A stretch of DNA of 63,773 nt, filler included, from Folioceros fuciformis (Eukaryota), in the NCBI GenBank assembly GCA_049999805.1. It is 13 parts of 13 records of this genome, joined end to end, with 100 filler letters (N's around TTAATTAATTAA, not from the genome) between each part and the next. Parts side by side here need not be neighbours in the genome. Positions count along the whole stretch, not along the records: positions 26,193 to 32,682 come from JBNGIO010003001.1; positions 32,783 to 36,832 come from JBNGIO010003002.1; positions 36,933 to 41,988 come from JBNGIO010003003.1; 10 more parts are not named here. The stretch is one strand, 5' to 3'. The position numbers were made by a program, and so were the translations under genes. Shown here in pieces: positions 26,093 through 37,239 of the stretch. Every line of letters begins with the position of its first letter. The first letter of the stretch is position 1. Under the pieces are notes generated by a model. That model worked only from the letters and a program-made list of their open reading frames with translations, was not told the origin of the DNA and searched no databases.

Positions 26093-26789
26093 NNNNNNNN
26101 NNNNNNNNNNNNNNNNNNNNNNNNNNNNNNNNNNNNTTAATTAATTAANNNNNNNNNNNNNNNNNNNNNNNNNNNNNNNNNNNNNNNNNNNNCTCACACT
26201 CACCCCCCCTGGCATTCTCAAATGCAGCAGTACCATCTATTTCTTCTTTCTCATGCTTAACGGCTGGTTAATCCAGGATATTGGACTATATTTACGAGAT
26301 GGAGAGTCAGCTTCATTTTCTGAGCTAACAGAGAGGGCCAATTCTCGAAATGAAGTTGCTATAGGATATGGACAGGGTGACAACACGGTAAGTCGTCCAG
26401 ACTGAATTTTGCATGCAGCCAAGCCACAGCCAGTACCTAATTTCATCCTCTTCATGCATCAGGTGCTCAATCCATGCAATAAAAGAGACCCACTAACCTT
26501 CAAACAAGGAGATTCCCTTGTCGTCATATCTGAGTTTGAGTAAGCTGTTGTACACCACCAAAAGGCTACCCATCTCCTCACAGACCACATTACGTGCTAC
26601 ATGGCTTTAGTCGAAAGTCCTGCTCATGACACCGCCAGGATTCCTGGAATCCGGAGTACTGTCAAACAGTGCCAATTCTTGGCTGAACTACTCCAGGCAA
26701 GATTCAGGTGGGACAACATTGGCAGACATTTTCAAAGGTTGTACCTCTCCATGGCTCACAGCTTGGTTCAACACTTGGTTCTTGCTATT

Positions 26790-29186
26790 TCAGCAAGTCA
26801 AGCCAGACGTTGTTCCATCTGCCTGTGGATTGCCCGTCATGTGCCTCTGCTTCATTTTGTCAAAAAGCCTTGCAGCTTCAGCCATCCTGCCAACTTTCGC
26901 AAGACCTTTGATCACCGTACTGTAAGCAATCAGATCAGGTCCGGACCCTAACTTTTGCATGTCATCAAAGACCTTGAGGGCCTCATCAACGTCACCTGCA
27001 TTGCAATGGGAATCCAAGAGGACATTACAGCTGAGCAGATCTGGCACCAGACCCTCTTGCAGCATTTTTTCAAACAAGCCAACTACCTCAGACACGTAGC
27101 CTGCTTTTCCAAAAGCATCAAGCATGCAAGTGTATGTAATCACGTTTGGTTCGCAGCCATACTGCCTCATTTCATTGAAAAGTTTAAATGCTTCCTCCAC
27201 CTGTCCAGACTTCCCAAACATATCAATAAGCGTGCTGTAGCAAACCACATCAGGGATGAAACCCATTTGTTTCATCTGTACGAAGAGCTCGTATGCTTCC
27301 TTGATGCGCTCAGCTTTGCCCAGCAAATGTGTCATCGCAGTGTATGTGCATGCATCTGGGGGAGGACCCCGACTCTTCATCTGATCAAAGAGTGCCAGAG
27401 CTTCAGTGATCCGGCCTGCCTTCCCAAACCCAGAGATGAGACTATTATGTGTGATCAAATCTGGTACCACACCAGTCCTGCACATCTCTCGACAAAGCTT
27501 GAGGGCTTCATCAAATTGTTCTGACTGGAGCAGTCCTTTGATCAGCACATTATATGTGTTGACATTGGGCCCCTGCTGCTCTTTTTTCATATCTTCGAAT
27601 GTCTTCCGTGCCAGATCCATTCTTCCTGCCATGACAAGGGAGGAAATAAGTGAAGTGTATGTAACGACGTTCGGAAGGCAGCCTCTGCTCTTCATTTCTC
27701 CAATTAATTCTGCAGCCCTATCAACATCTCCCTTTCTTCCGAGTCCATCTATGACTATGGTGTATGTTACAACATTAGGGGTACATCCCTCAGCCTGCAT
27801 TTCACCGAAATACTGTTCAGCTGCTGCCCACCTCTCAGCTTTGGCAAGACCAGAAATGATTGCACTGTATGTGAAGACGTTTGGTCTGTTAACCCCCATC
27901 TTCATTCGCGAAAAAAGTGTACAGGCCTTGTCCACCTTGCCGGCCTTACAAAGTGCATCAATGAGCACGGTGTACGTGATGACATCAGGCATCACAGTCA
28001 TCTCTACTAATCTTGCAGCAAGCGACTCGGCCTCGCAAAATTTACCAGCTTCACGTGCTAAATCGATAAGGTCTGAGTACGACAACCCTTTGACACTCTC
28101 ATCGGATAAAATCAGTGTACATCCCAACTTAGCAACGTAAGACAAATCCACAGCTGATTTAAGCCTCTCATTTACACTCATAGTTTTGAAGACTTTGCAA
28201 GCCTCGTCCAAGCAGCCTGCTTTAGCGAGTCCCTTGATTACCATGTTGTAAGTGTTCACGTTTGGAAGGCAACCTTCCCTTTCCATGTCATGGAAAAGCA
28301 TTTGAACTTCCTGAATATCGTACCCTCCTTTAACCAATAATCCGATGACGCAATTATATGTAACCGTGGTGTGCTTGAAGCCAGCATCACGAATCCTGCG
28401 GAAAGCTTTAACTGAGAAGTTGAGGCAACCTCCCTTGCCAAATTTCGTTAGGACTGTCGTCACAGTGAAGTCTGATATCCTACAGGCATCGCTAATCATC
28501 TGCTCTAGTTGGTCCCACATAAGCTCAAACAGCCGCTCATCTCCAAGTCTTCTGAGCATGAGAGTATACGTGGACGAGTCATGCCTATAATCTGGCAGGG
28601 TTGTGGCCCAGTTGAAAAAGCTCAAAGCGACCTTAACGTTGTCGTGCAATCGGATTATGCGTCTCACATGATACGTCTCGATCCTGAAATCCAGCTGGTA
28701 AAGGGCTTCGTCTCGAAAGCCGTCCTTACATGTCCTGTTCAGGATACCCAAAAGAGTGTCTGCCTGGAGATTCTTCAACAGAAACGGTGTCGGTAACAAT
28801 GGCCTTACTTCCTGCTCCAACACATCGTTGCCCCTCCGAAACTGCACAACAACATCTCTGCAGCAAAACGTCTTTCCCTGCATCCTCTTCCTCAATCGTT
28901 GCTGCTCTTTGGTTTCCTCTGTTAATGCTCGACTCCCCGAAACCTTCCTGTAGCCATAAATCCATGGACCAACTTCGAACACCGTCACAACATTCAACAC
29001 GTCTGCAATCCAACCAATACCCTTATCACCAGAGCACTACATCCCGCACGTAGCACGGAAACAGTTCATGCAGAGTAGAGAACCTCCCGTACCTCTCGGA
29101 AGCCATCCCACTGCTCTACCACTGAAACGTGATGCCCTCGATACCGTCTCAGGACATCTTGCTGGCAACAGAGGGTCGCTTGCCAT
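26790..29186 (-). CDS. P-class pentatricopeptide repeat protein, about 768 aa (exons 29186-29093, 29002-26790)
   Basis: 736-codon open frame with about 15 35-aa repeats (PNVVTYT, PDVVCYS, PDLITHN); no E/DYW domain. A phase-compatible 90-nt GT-AG intron links an upstream ATG exon (exon 1 is inferred). Confidence 0.92.
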
Positions 29187-29437
29187 ACAAATCGCCGGCT
29201 GCTGTAGCCCGCCGGATTCCCATGAAGCCCCGGATTTGAGCTGCACGGAGTGTTGCAAGAGTTTAACCAAAATAAAAATGCCTGATCACCAACAACCTGT
29301 TTTCTTCGCCTACCTTCGGCCCGGCCGTGCTGCCACCAAACGACGCAATGCCTGCAACAACAATCCGAGCCCCTCCGATCGCCAAACCCTACCGCTCCCC
29401 CACAAGCCCTAGGGAAGCAAGCATCGCCAGACGGATC

Positions 29438-30448
29438 ATGGACCCAGAACGCGATTGGGCCGTGGTGCAGGAAGAATTGCTCTTCGAAGTCGGGAAAGCG
29501 CCGTTTGGCAGCTGTCATGCCTCCAGCATCGTGCAGCTGGAGGCGGACAGCTTCCTGGTGGCCTATTTCGGAGGCTCTTGGGAGGGCCAGGCGGACGTGG
29601 CCATCTGGACGTCGCGGCTCGAAGGGGGGAGATGGCTGGACCCCGAGAAGGCGGACGACGAACCGGGAGTGGCGATGTGGAACCCGGTGCTATGGAAAAT
29701 GCTCAACGGCGAGCTCCTGCTTTTCTACAAGATCGGGCCGGAGGTCCAGAAATGGAGTGGGTTCCTGAAACGATCAGGCGACAACGGCCGAAGCTGGTCC
29801 CCGCGAGAGGCACTGCCGCCCGGGATTCTGGGTCCAGTCAAGAACAAGCCCCTAGTGCTTGGCGACGGTAGCCTGCTGTGCGGCTCGTCCGTGGAGAGCT
29901 GGAACGCATGGGGATCCTGGATGGACGCCACCTCGGATGGGGGTCGGAGCTGGGTCAAGCACGGCCCGATCTATGTCCAAGACGGGCCGGGCGGGGTCAT
30001 TCAGCCCGTCCCGTTTCTGTGCCGGGACGGGACTGTGCGCGCTTTGATGCGCCCATCAGACGAGATTCGCAAGATTTGCATCGCCTCGTCGCCAGACGGA
30101 AGGAATTCCTGGACTTCCGCCGTGCCCACCTCGCTGGACAATCCCAACTGCGGCTTCGACGGGGTCCGGCTGCAGGACGGCCGCCTCCTGCTCGTATACA
30201 ACACCTTATCCCGGGGTGTGCTGGTGGCCGCCGTGTCGAGCGACGACGGGGACTCCTGGACCCAGGTCCTCACCCTGGAGGAAGAGACGGAGAAGACCGA
30301 CGCCGAGTTCTCCTATGCCGCCGTCATTCAGAGCTCCGACGGGCTTGTGCATGTCAGTTACACCTACCACAGGTTCTCCATTAAGCATGTGGTCCTGAAG
30401 CCCGAGCAGCTCCGGCTGGCAAGCGGGTGGCAGATAGCAAGCAGGTGA
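29438..30448 (+). CDS. BNR/Asp-box repeat (sialidase-fold) protein, intronless, similar to Arabidopsis At5g57700
   Basis: SCHASSIV, WNPVL, FYKIGPEVQKWSG, LPPGILGPVKNKP, Asp boxes SGDNGRSW, TSDGGRSW, SSDDGDSW; alternative in-frame ATG at 29348. Confidence 0.92.
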   Translation: MDPERDWAVVQEELLFEVGKAPFGSCHASSIVQLEADSFLVAYFGGSWEGQADVAIWTSRLEGGRWLDPEKADDEPGVAMWNPVLWKMLNGELLLFYKIGPEVQKWSGFLKRSGDNGRSWSPREALPPGILGPVKNKPLVLGDGSLLCGSSVESWNAWGSWMDATSDGGRSWVKHGPIYVQDGPGGVIQPVPFLCRDGTVRALMRPSDEIRKICIASSPDGRNSWTSAVPTSLDNPNCGFDGVRLQDGRLLLVYNTLSRGVLVAAVSSDDGDSWTQVLTLEEETEKTDAEFSYAAVIQSSDGLVHVSYTYHRFSIKHVVLKPEQLRLASGWQIASR

Positions 30449-30608
30449 CCGCAGCACCGCAGCATTGCACTTGTTACCATTTCTGTGCAGCACCTGGAAT
30501 AAAGGGAGAGGCTTTTAGGTCTGAGTCGAGCCTGAAACACACTTGGGACTGGTGCCTGCTGCATGTGAATTCGTGTGAGTGTGTGGAGGCCGTGAAGCTG
30601 TGCAAGGC

Positions 30609-31670
30609 ATGGGGAACAGCTCCTCCACCCTGACGCAGTACGACATCGAGGAGGTCCAGGCTCACTGCTCGCAGATCTGTAAGCCTCCTGCTTGGCTGCG
30701 GTTGAGATTGCGGTTTTACCATGGCGGTGGCCCTGATGGATTTCTCTTGTGGGCTGTGCAGTTTCGCAGCGCGAGATCGTGTCGCTCTATGCCAGGTTCT
30801 GCGCGCTGGACCGGAACGGAAAGGGCTTTATTTTAGCAGATGAGTTCATGGCAGTTCCGGAATTTGCCTTGAATCCTTTGTCGCAGGTGGGAAGCTGTAA
30901 TGTGGTTGTGGTTGGAGCAGCAGTAGCCACCAGCCCCATGTTGTGGCGACGTGAAGTCATGTAAAAGGTTCCCCCTGCCGGTGGATGCAGAGATTGCTGA
31001 GCATGTTGGAAGGTCTTAATTTCAAGGAGTTTGTTGCGCTGTTATCAGCATTTAGCCCGAATGCCAGCTCCAAACATAAAGTGGAATGTACGGGAGAATC
31101 ATTTTGCTGCAACGTGGTTGCCAGCCTCTTTGCGGGGGGCCTGAGTCTGTTCTGTTGTTGATGGGTTTGCAGTCATTTTCAAGGTGTACGACAGAAACGG
31201 GAAGGGCAAGGTTTCTGCTGAGGATATTTTGCAAGTTCTTCGAGACCTGTCCGGGAAGTATCTTACGGAAGAGCAACGGAAGGTTGGTTCCAATTGTTGT
31301 CACTTCCGTTTCATTCCTCCAGTTTCGTGACGTCGCGTCCTCCCTCTTTCTGCCGTTGGGCTGTGGTCTGTTGAACCTGGAGCAGGTGATTGACAGGTAT
31401 GCTTTGTTTCGTGCATCTCGCAGCAAGTTGTCGTCCAAGCACTAGAGGATTCTGGATTCTCCAAGGATAGTACGCTGAGCTTGCAGGACTTCATCAAGGT
31501 CTGCCCCTGGCAATGAGCTTCCAACCCACCGTTCCGATTCTTCGTTTAGAAATATTGGGTGCTGAATTTTCCTGGTACCGTATTGCTCACACCAGAATTT
31601 CCCCATGCTCTGAGTGCAGGTTCTTGGCGATTCTCGGATGACGATGGAGGTCGACGTTCCCGTGGACTGA
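30609..31670 (+). CDS. Calcineurin B-like EF-hand protein (At3g18430-like), 175 aa, 6 exons: 30609-30678, 30762-30886, 30991-31087, 31173-31282, 31424-31498, 31620-31670
   Basis: Spliced MGNSSSTLTQYDIEEVQ...FCALDRNGKGFI..EF..VPEFALNPLSQRLL...FKVYDRNGKGKVS...MEVDVPVD*; all introns GT-AG with consistent phases; MG myristoylation-type start. Confidence 0.93.
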
Positions 31671-31750
31671 CAACGAGGGAGCTTGGCTTTCGCATCTGGT
31701 GTCACAACTTGTAACCTCTCGCCAGCGGCTCAAAGCTAACAATCTTACAC

Positions 31751-31868
31751 AACCCTTTTCACTTCTGCCCACGAGTGATGGGTCTCCGGATGCGAACTGG
31801 AATTTGCCTAACCCCTTTCATTTCTGCCCACGAATGATGGGTTTCCGGATGCGAACTGGAATTCGCCT
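31751..31868 (+). repeat. 59-bp direct duplication downstream of the CNB-like gene
   Basis: aaccc.tttca.ttctgcccacga.tgatgggt.tccggatgcgaactggaatt.gcct twice. Confidence 0.9.
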
Positions 31869-32428
31869 AACTTTACGACAGTTGACAGACTGAGACAAGC
31901 CGGCACTTCTCCTTAACATCATAGCATTTAGATATTCAACTGTGATGTCGGTTCTCTATCGTACTAGTCGCAAGGCAAAGACAGAGAGACTTAAGAATTC
32001 AATCGTTATAACGCATCAACACCAATTGCACATCGTTCAAAATTGCACCGAAATTATCCGTCTCTGCTGCTCTCCAAATTGCAGAGCCGCAAAACAGAAC
32101 AGAGTGCTTATGCCACCAGGACACAGACGTCCCTTCGAGGGGCACGCAAGGAAGTTCAGTCCAACTGAACAGATAAGAGTATCTGTGAAAATTTTAGACC
32201 TAATCCCTGGACGCGAATCGCAATACCACGACACGGCATTCCCTTCCGCCCAAATCAAGGTCCAACATCCTGGTAACTTAATCCCTAGTTGCTCCCCGTT
32301 TCCAGACAATCTGTCACGACGCTGAGACTACTTCTACACCCTGTCTCCAGACTAAGGTGCCCCACGGCACCAACTCCTACACCCATCGAGTTGCGCACCT
32401 GTAGATACCTAGCCCTAGAAACTAGAGC

Positions 32429-32682
32429 CTACTTTGATCTTTGCCTCATCTTTCTGCGCTTGCGCTTGAGGCGGCGCATGCGTTTTTTCTTCCACTGCGG
32501 GCGGCAACATCAAGGTTAAGGTTTCTCCAAGCCAACACAAGAAAGCACAAAGCAGCACGCAGAGAAAAACATCCACTCCCGCAACCTACACAAGAACGAA
32601 ACAAGGCAGCCAAGAGCAAGCACACCACCACAAACCAACGTCCCTACCACCAAGATGTTAGGAGAGGCGACAAACCTTAGCC
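32429..32682 (-). CDS. RPL41: 60S ribosomal protein L41 (eL41); exon 2 32494-32429, exon 1 remnant 32682-32676, start codon lost in the gap
   Basis: G GCT AAG|gt...ag|TGG AAG AAA AAA CGC ATG... gives (MR)[23 protein letters not shown], the plant eL41 sequence; 181-nt intron. Confidence 0.97.
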
Positions 32683-32782
32683 NNNNNNNNNNNNNNNNNN
32701 NNNNNNNNNNNNNNNNNNNNNNNNNNTTAATTAATTAANNNNNNNNNNNNNNNNNNNNNNNNNNNNNNNNNNNNNNNNNNNN

Positions 32783-33155
32783 TGCTTGGTAGGAGTCTCC
32801 TCTCCTGAACTATCCCCGCCTTCCGACTCCCAGCTGCTGGAGTCTGCTTCCTCTGGCTCGGCAGGCTTCCACTTCACGTCCCTTATCGGCCTCCACATGT
32901 GCAGCGAGGCGAGTATCTCCAGTTCAGACATAAGGTTAGCGTAGCAATAAATGTGTACCAGGAATGGGGAGATCATCGAAGGTCGAGGAGAAGGCAGGGT
33001 CAAATTCTGCCTCTCCTCGTCCGTCCTGGCGTACAAAATTTTCCCCCAGTCCACCTTACTCCCCTTGACGACCTCATGCACGAACAGGAGCATTTGGTCC
33101 AATAGGTAGTCTTGCTTGGGAATTTGCAGGAAGCTCAGAAACCACATAACCAGAC
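32783..33155 (-). mobile_element. Fragment of transposon-associated accessory ORF (family X)
   Basis: DYLLDQMLLFVHEVVKGSKVDWGKIL...ISPFLVHIY is homologous to about 57820-58160; interrupted by a TGTG-starting repeat at 33156. Confidence 0.7.
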
Positions 33156-35985
33156 TGTGGGGGAAAATATTGCACCCGGGGGTGCTACGAGGTCCACACA
33201 AACCCTCTTTGTCGTTATAGCACCGGAATTCGATCCCAAGGGAATGATTTGTGCCAAGTAACACAGGTTTCTTCTAAAAGTCAGTTACTACCTAAGACGG
33301 ACTTTAACTACCCCAGCTCCACAACCTGCTGGTTCAACTACCCCTACCTCCTTCGCAACTCGGCTACGTCGACCCTAGACTACCTGACGGACCTACTCGG
33401 CTACCGAGGTGGGAGTCTCTACAACTACCGACCCTTCAACTACTGAGATAGGGTCTCAACTACCAGTAGTGGATTCCACTACCTCCGTGTGGAGTGATTC
33501 TTACACCCAAGAACCACCAAAGAGGCCACATTTCCCCTTGTTGTCGTTGCAGTCTTATGATTTGCTCCCAAGGGAGTGAACTAGTGTCACGATTACCTAC
33601 ATCTCCCTAATCTCACCCTATCTATCAGCCGATACCTAGTGCTACAATAATAGGTCAGAATTCCCGGTCCTATCTTCAGCTCCTACCACAACACGAACCC
33701 CAGCCTCAACTAAATAAGAACTCCAACATTGTCTTCAGCCCCCGTTTCCAGCTCCAAGTATCAATCACTTCAGTGCTGAAAGGAGACTCCAGCCCTAGGT
33801 TCGGCCTCCAACTCTCAGCTTCAAGACGGCCCTCTCGCCGGTTGAGAGGAAGCTTCGGCTCCGACCTCGGCCTCCACTCTCAACCCAAGCTCTGGCCACC
33901 TCTGCAGCTGAAAGGAGACTCCAGCACCCGCCGGCCTCCAACTCTCAGCACCTAGTGTTAACTACCTTAGCAGCTGAACAGAACCCTCAAACTCAGCAAG
34001 CTCCTCACTCCAGCTTCAGCACCCCACTCCACCACTTCAGCACTTCACTTCAGCATTTCAGTCCTCACTCCAGCACCTCACTTCACCCTCCAACACCTCA
34101 CTCTAGCTCCACTCCTCACCTCAACACTTCCACTCCCAAAATCTGCAACTCAACCCTTCTCTCCTGGAATTTGGAACACGACAGCCTTCCCCCGTGCAAC
34201 CTTCAGGCAGAGGGGAGGCCTAGGGCTAAATAGCCTCCTTGGCTCACGGCCCTGCAACCTCACCTTAGCCAGCATGCAAGGAGGTCAGCCATTGCGGATC
34301 CGGCCACATGGATCTCGGTAGTCTTGGGATCCACCACGTCCCCCTAATGGCAAAGGGGATCAAGCTCTTGGTTAGCCTCATACCGGATCAGCCACTCTAA
34401 TCCGATAGCCTGCACACAAGGTCAAGGGGAATCACACCGTAAGACTACCCCCTCCTCAATGGCAGGTCTGGCCTCTTATACTACCTTAGCCCAAACCTCC
34501 ATCTCTGTCTACTAGGGTTAGCCTCAGTCCACCGCCCAACAATCTCTCTTTGACCTAAGTCGCCCCTAACTTTGACCTAACCTAACTGTGACCTAACCTA
34601 ACTGTGACCTAACCTAACTGTGACCTAACCTAACTGTGACCTAAACCTAGCTTTGCCCTAATCCTAACCCTAATTCTGACCTAACCTAACCCCGATTCCG
34701 AGCTAACCTAACCCCGACCTAAGAGGGGTTGTGTCCCTTTGACACCACTGGGTACCCTTACCAAAATTGACAAGCCTCTCACGACTACCAAAAATCATTA
34801 GTGCCTCTCAACACTCTCCTCTCCTCCCTCAGATCATCCCTTTCCCTCGAATCATCCTGCAACCCTTCAAAGCCTCCACCTTCCTCTAGTCGTCTACTCC
34901 CCATCCTGATGGCCAAGGAGGCCCCATGGCCCAGCCCAGTTACCCCGTCTGATGCCCTTGAGGAGCAGCCTTGTTCACACCACCTGCAAGCAGCACGTCT
35001 GTATTCTGACCTTCCGCCTACGAGCAGCCAGACGTGCTGGCCGATTTGAAGGCCTAAGAAAGGAGCAAACAAGGAGGAACAAGAAGGTGGTGTGGGTGTC
35101 GGAGCCGAATCCGCGAGTTTGGAGTGGAAGGGGTTCCTCTTCCCTTAGCTCCGGTACCTCACCATTCCTCAATGTTCATGGGAGCCCAGAAGAGGTATTG
35201 CTGAGAAAGAAGACGGAGGACCGGATAAAGAAGAAGCGCGAGGGTGCGCGTGTGTGAGAAAGAGGAGAAGCGAGTAACCAGAGACGAGGAGAACATACAC
35301 AGAGAACTGGTGAGTGGAGAACGAAGCAGGGGAAACCCTGGAGGCGAGGTGAGTAATGTGTAACAAGACGTGGTGTGTATGAGTGACTGGTCGCAATGAG
35401 ACTAAAGAGACTGTGAAAAAGTTGAATTGAGACCGCAGAGGGTGTATCCAAGGTGTGAGATCACACGGGTGGAAGGCGACCGGTAGATTGTTGCTGTTCA
35501 TGTGTGCGTGCGTTTGATCCTGGAGTGTGAGAGGCGATTTTGTGGAGAACCAAGGAAGGGAAGCGCAGAAGGGAATGCGCGAGAAAACAGTCGGGTAGGG
35601 ACGACTCGGAGAGAGAGAAAATTCTAGAGAGAGAAAGAGAGAGAGTGGGACCCACGAGTAGTAGCCCGAAAGACGACAGTAGTAGTCTATTGGGGAACGG
35701 AGGGTAGTTCGGTGGGCCACCAAGAGTAGTCCAGGGGGAGGTAGTCCCTGGAGTGACTGGGTGGTAGGAGAGTCGTCTGGTGGGAGAAGTAAGGGGGCTG
35801 GATAAGGTTCGAGCACTGGGCGTGTGTGCGTGGGTCAGTCGAGTTTAGGTGCTAATTGACTTTAGAAGCTAACTTATGTAGTTTAGCACGAATCATTTCC
35901 TTGGGATCGAATCCCAGAGCTACAACGACATAGAGGGCTTGTGTGGACCTCGCGGTACCCCCGGGTACCATATTTTAATCCCACA
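33156..35985. mobile_element. Non-coding LTR-like repeat block (family J) bounded by inverted related termini
   Basis: TGTGGGGGAAAATAT... at 33156 and TGTGGGATTAAAATAT... on the minus strand from 35985; internal parts match 55965-56155 and 62858-63505 in reverse. Confidence 0.65.
34573..34640 (+). repeat. 16-bp minisatellite (TGACCTAACCTAACTG)x4
   Basis: Direct reading; CCTAA-rich flanks. Confidence 0.9.
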
Positions 35986-36116
35986 AAGCTCATCATTGTT
36001 ACTCCCAGCAATTAGCATATCATCCACATAGAGGACCAGAATGAGCAAGCTTCCATCCTTAGCTTGCTTCATATAGAGGCAATAATCCTCATCGCTACGT
36101 TTGTAGCCTTGAGAAA
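35986..36116 (-). mobile_element. 131-bp family B RT fragment between two TG..CA termini
   Basis: [18 protein letters not shown]; near-identical to about 38560-38690. Confidence 0.85.
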
Positions 36117-36832
36117 TGTGAACCTCCAAAGTTTGGGCTGGTAGTTTGTTTTGGATGAAAAAGGGTTAATAGTGGTATGGTTTGGTTTTCTTTTTCAACT
36201 TATTTTCCCTAATTTTCCTTGATTTTCTGGTTATTTTTCCTATTTTTCTTTGTGCTAATTAGGTTAATTGACCAGGAAATAGTTGGTTTGGTTATAAGAG
36301 TGGGTATAGGTTTGGTCCCAGACCTGGGAAGGTTTAGGTTCGGTACCAGGCCATAGGGTTGGGAAAGTTTGAGTCTAGGTCTGGTGATTAGTTTAATATT
36401 AATTAAAGATATATAATATTAAATAATTAAATGATAATATAATAATAATAGAATAAGGGTTTGAATATAGGAACGGGTATCTGTCAGTGTCAGGGGTCAG
36501 GGTCTGACGATAGGCTGGCTGATTGCTTGGCTGGCATGAATGGCCATGGAGGCCATGCCTTAGCTAGAGCTAGAGCCAGGGGTTGCGGCCGCCCCCATCC
36601 CCCTCCCCCTCTCTCCCTTTCTCTCTTCCCAACTTTTTGTGCCTCTTCTTTGGATCTAGATTGCAGGCAGGAGGAGGGATCGAGGGTGATGGGATCGAAT
36701 GTGTGTAGGAGAGGAGGCTGAGGCGAGCTGCAGGATCCGGCCGATTCCCGGCCGGGCTTGCTTTCTTCTTCTTTCCGCTGATTTCCTGTCCCGTTTTCCT
36801 CCTCAATCTACAGTCCCGCTGCCGGTGTTGCC
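36117..36832 (+). mobile_element. LTR-like repeat (family G) start
   Basis: Starts TGTGAACCTCCAAAGTTTGGG; the same terminus occurs reversed at 37209-37239. Confidence 0.55.
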
Positions 36833-36932
36833 NNNNNNNNNNNNNNNNNNNNNNNNNNNNNNNNNNNNNNNNNNNNTTAATTAATTAANNNNNNNNNNNN
36901 NNNNNNNNNNNNNNNNNNNNNNNNNNNNNNNN

Positions 36933-37208
36933 AAGCGAGCCCCGTTAGGCCTTTATTCAGAGTCTTCATTCTCAACATCGCGTGACCATGGCATCGCTCA
37001 CCACCTAGGCTCTCTGATACCATGTGAAAGTTGAGCAAACGATTGTTGCTAAAACTGAATGAATAAAATAATCAATACAAAATATTTACAAAACATGTGT
37101 TTAAATATTCATGACCTAGAGTCATGTTGTTTCACTTTAACTAAACAAAAATTTAATCTAAATTAAATACATACAACCCTAAGTGAGACAGGGCTTGTTA
37201 TCTTAACA
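36933..37208 (-). mobile_element. Family F 5' LTR (37023-37208) with tRNA-iMet PBS
   Basis: TGGTATCAGAG at 37012-37022 abuts the LTR CA; LTR similar to 24573-24762. Confidence 0.88.
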
Positions 37209-37239
37209 AAACCACTACCCCAAACTTTGGAGGTTCACA

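Noticed and set aside
26237-26789. DYW or E domain extension of the PPR gene
   Set aside because: No PGxSW, HxE or CxxC motifs, and several in-frame stops follow 26790.
31751-31895. C/D snoRNA in the 59-bp duplication
   Set aside because: The C-box is imperfect (ATGATGG) and I see no terminal stem or recognisable rRNA guide.
24573-37208. Family F LTRs at 24573 and 37023 as ends of one element carrying the gene island
   Set aside because: They lie on different contigs separated by three gaps, the flanks (AAAAA vs AAACC) are not a TSD, and the LTRs differ noticeably.
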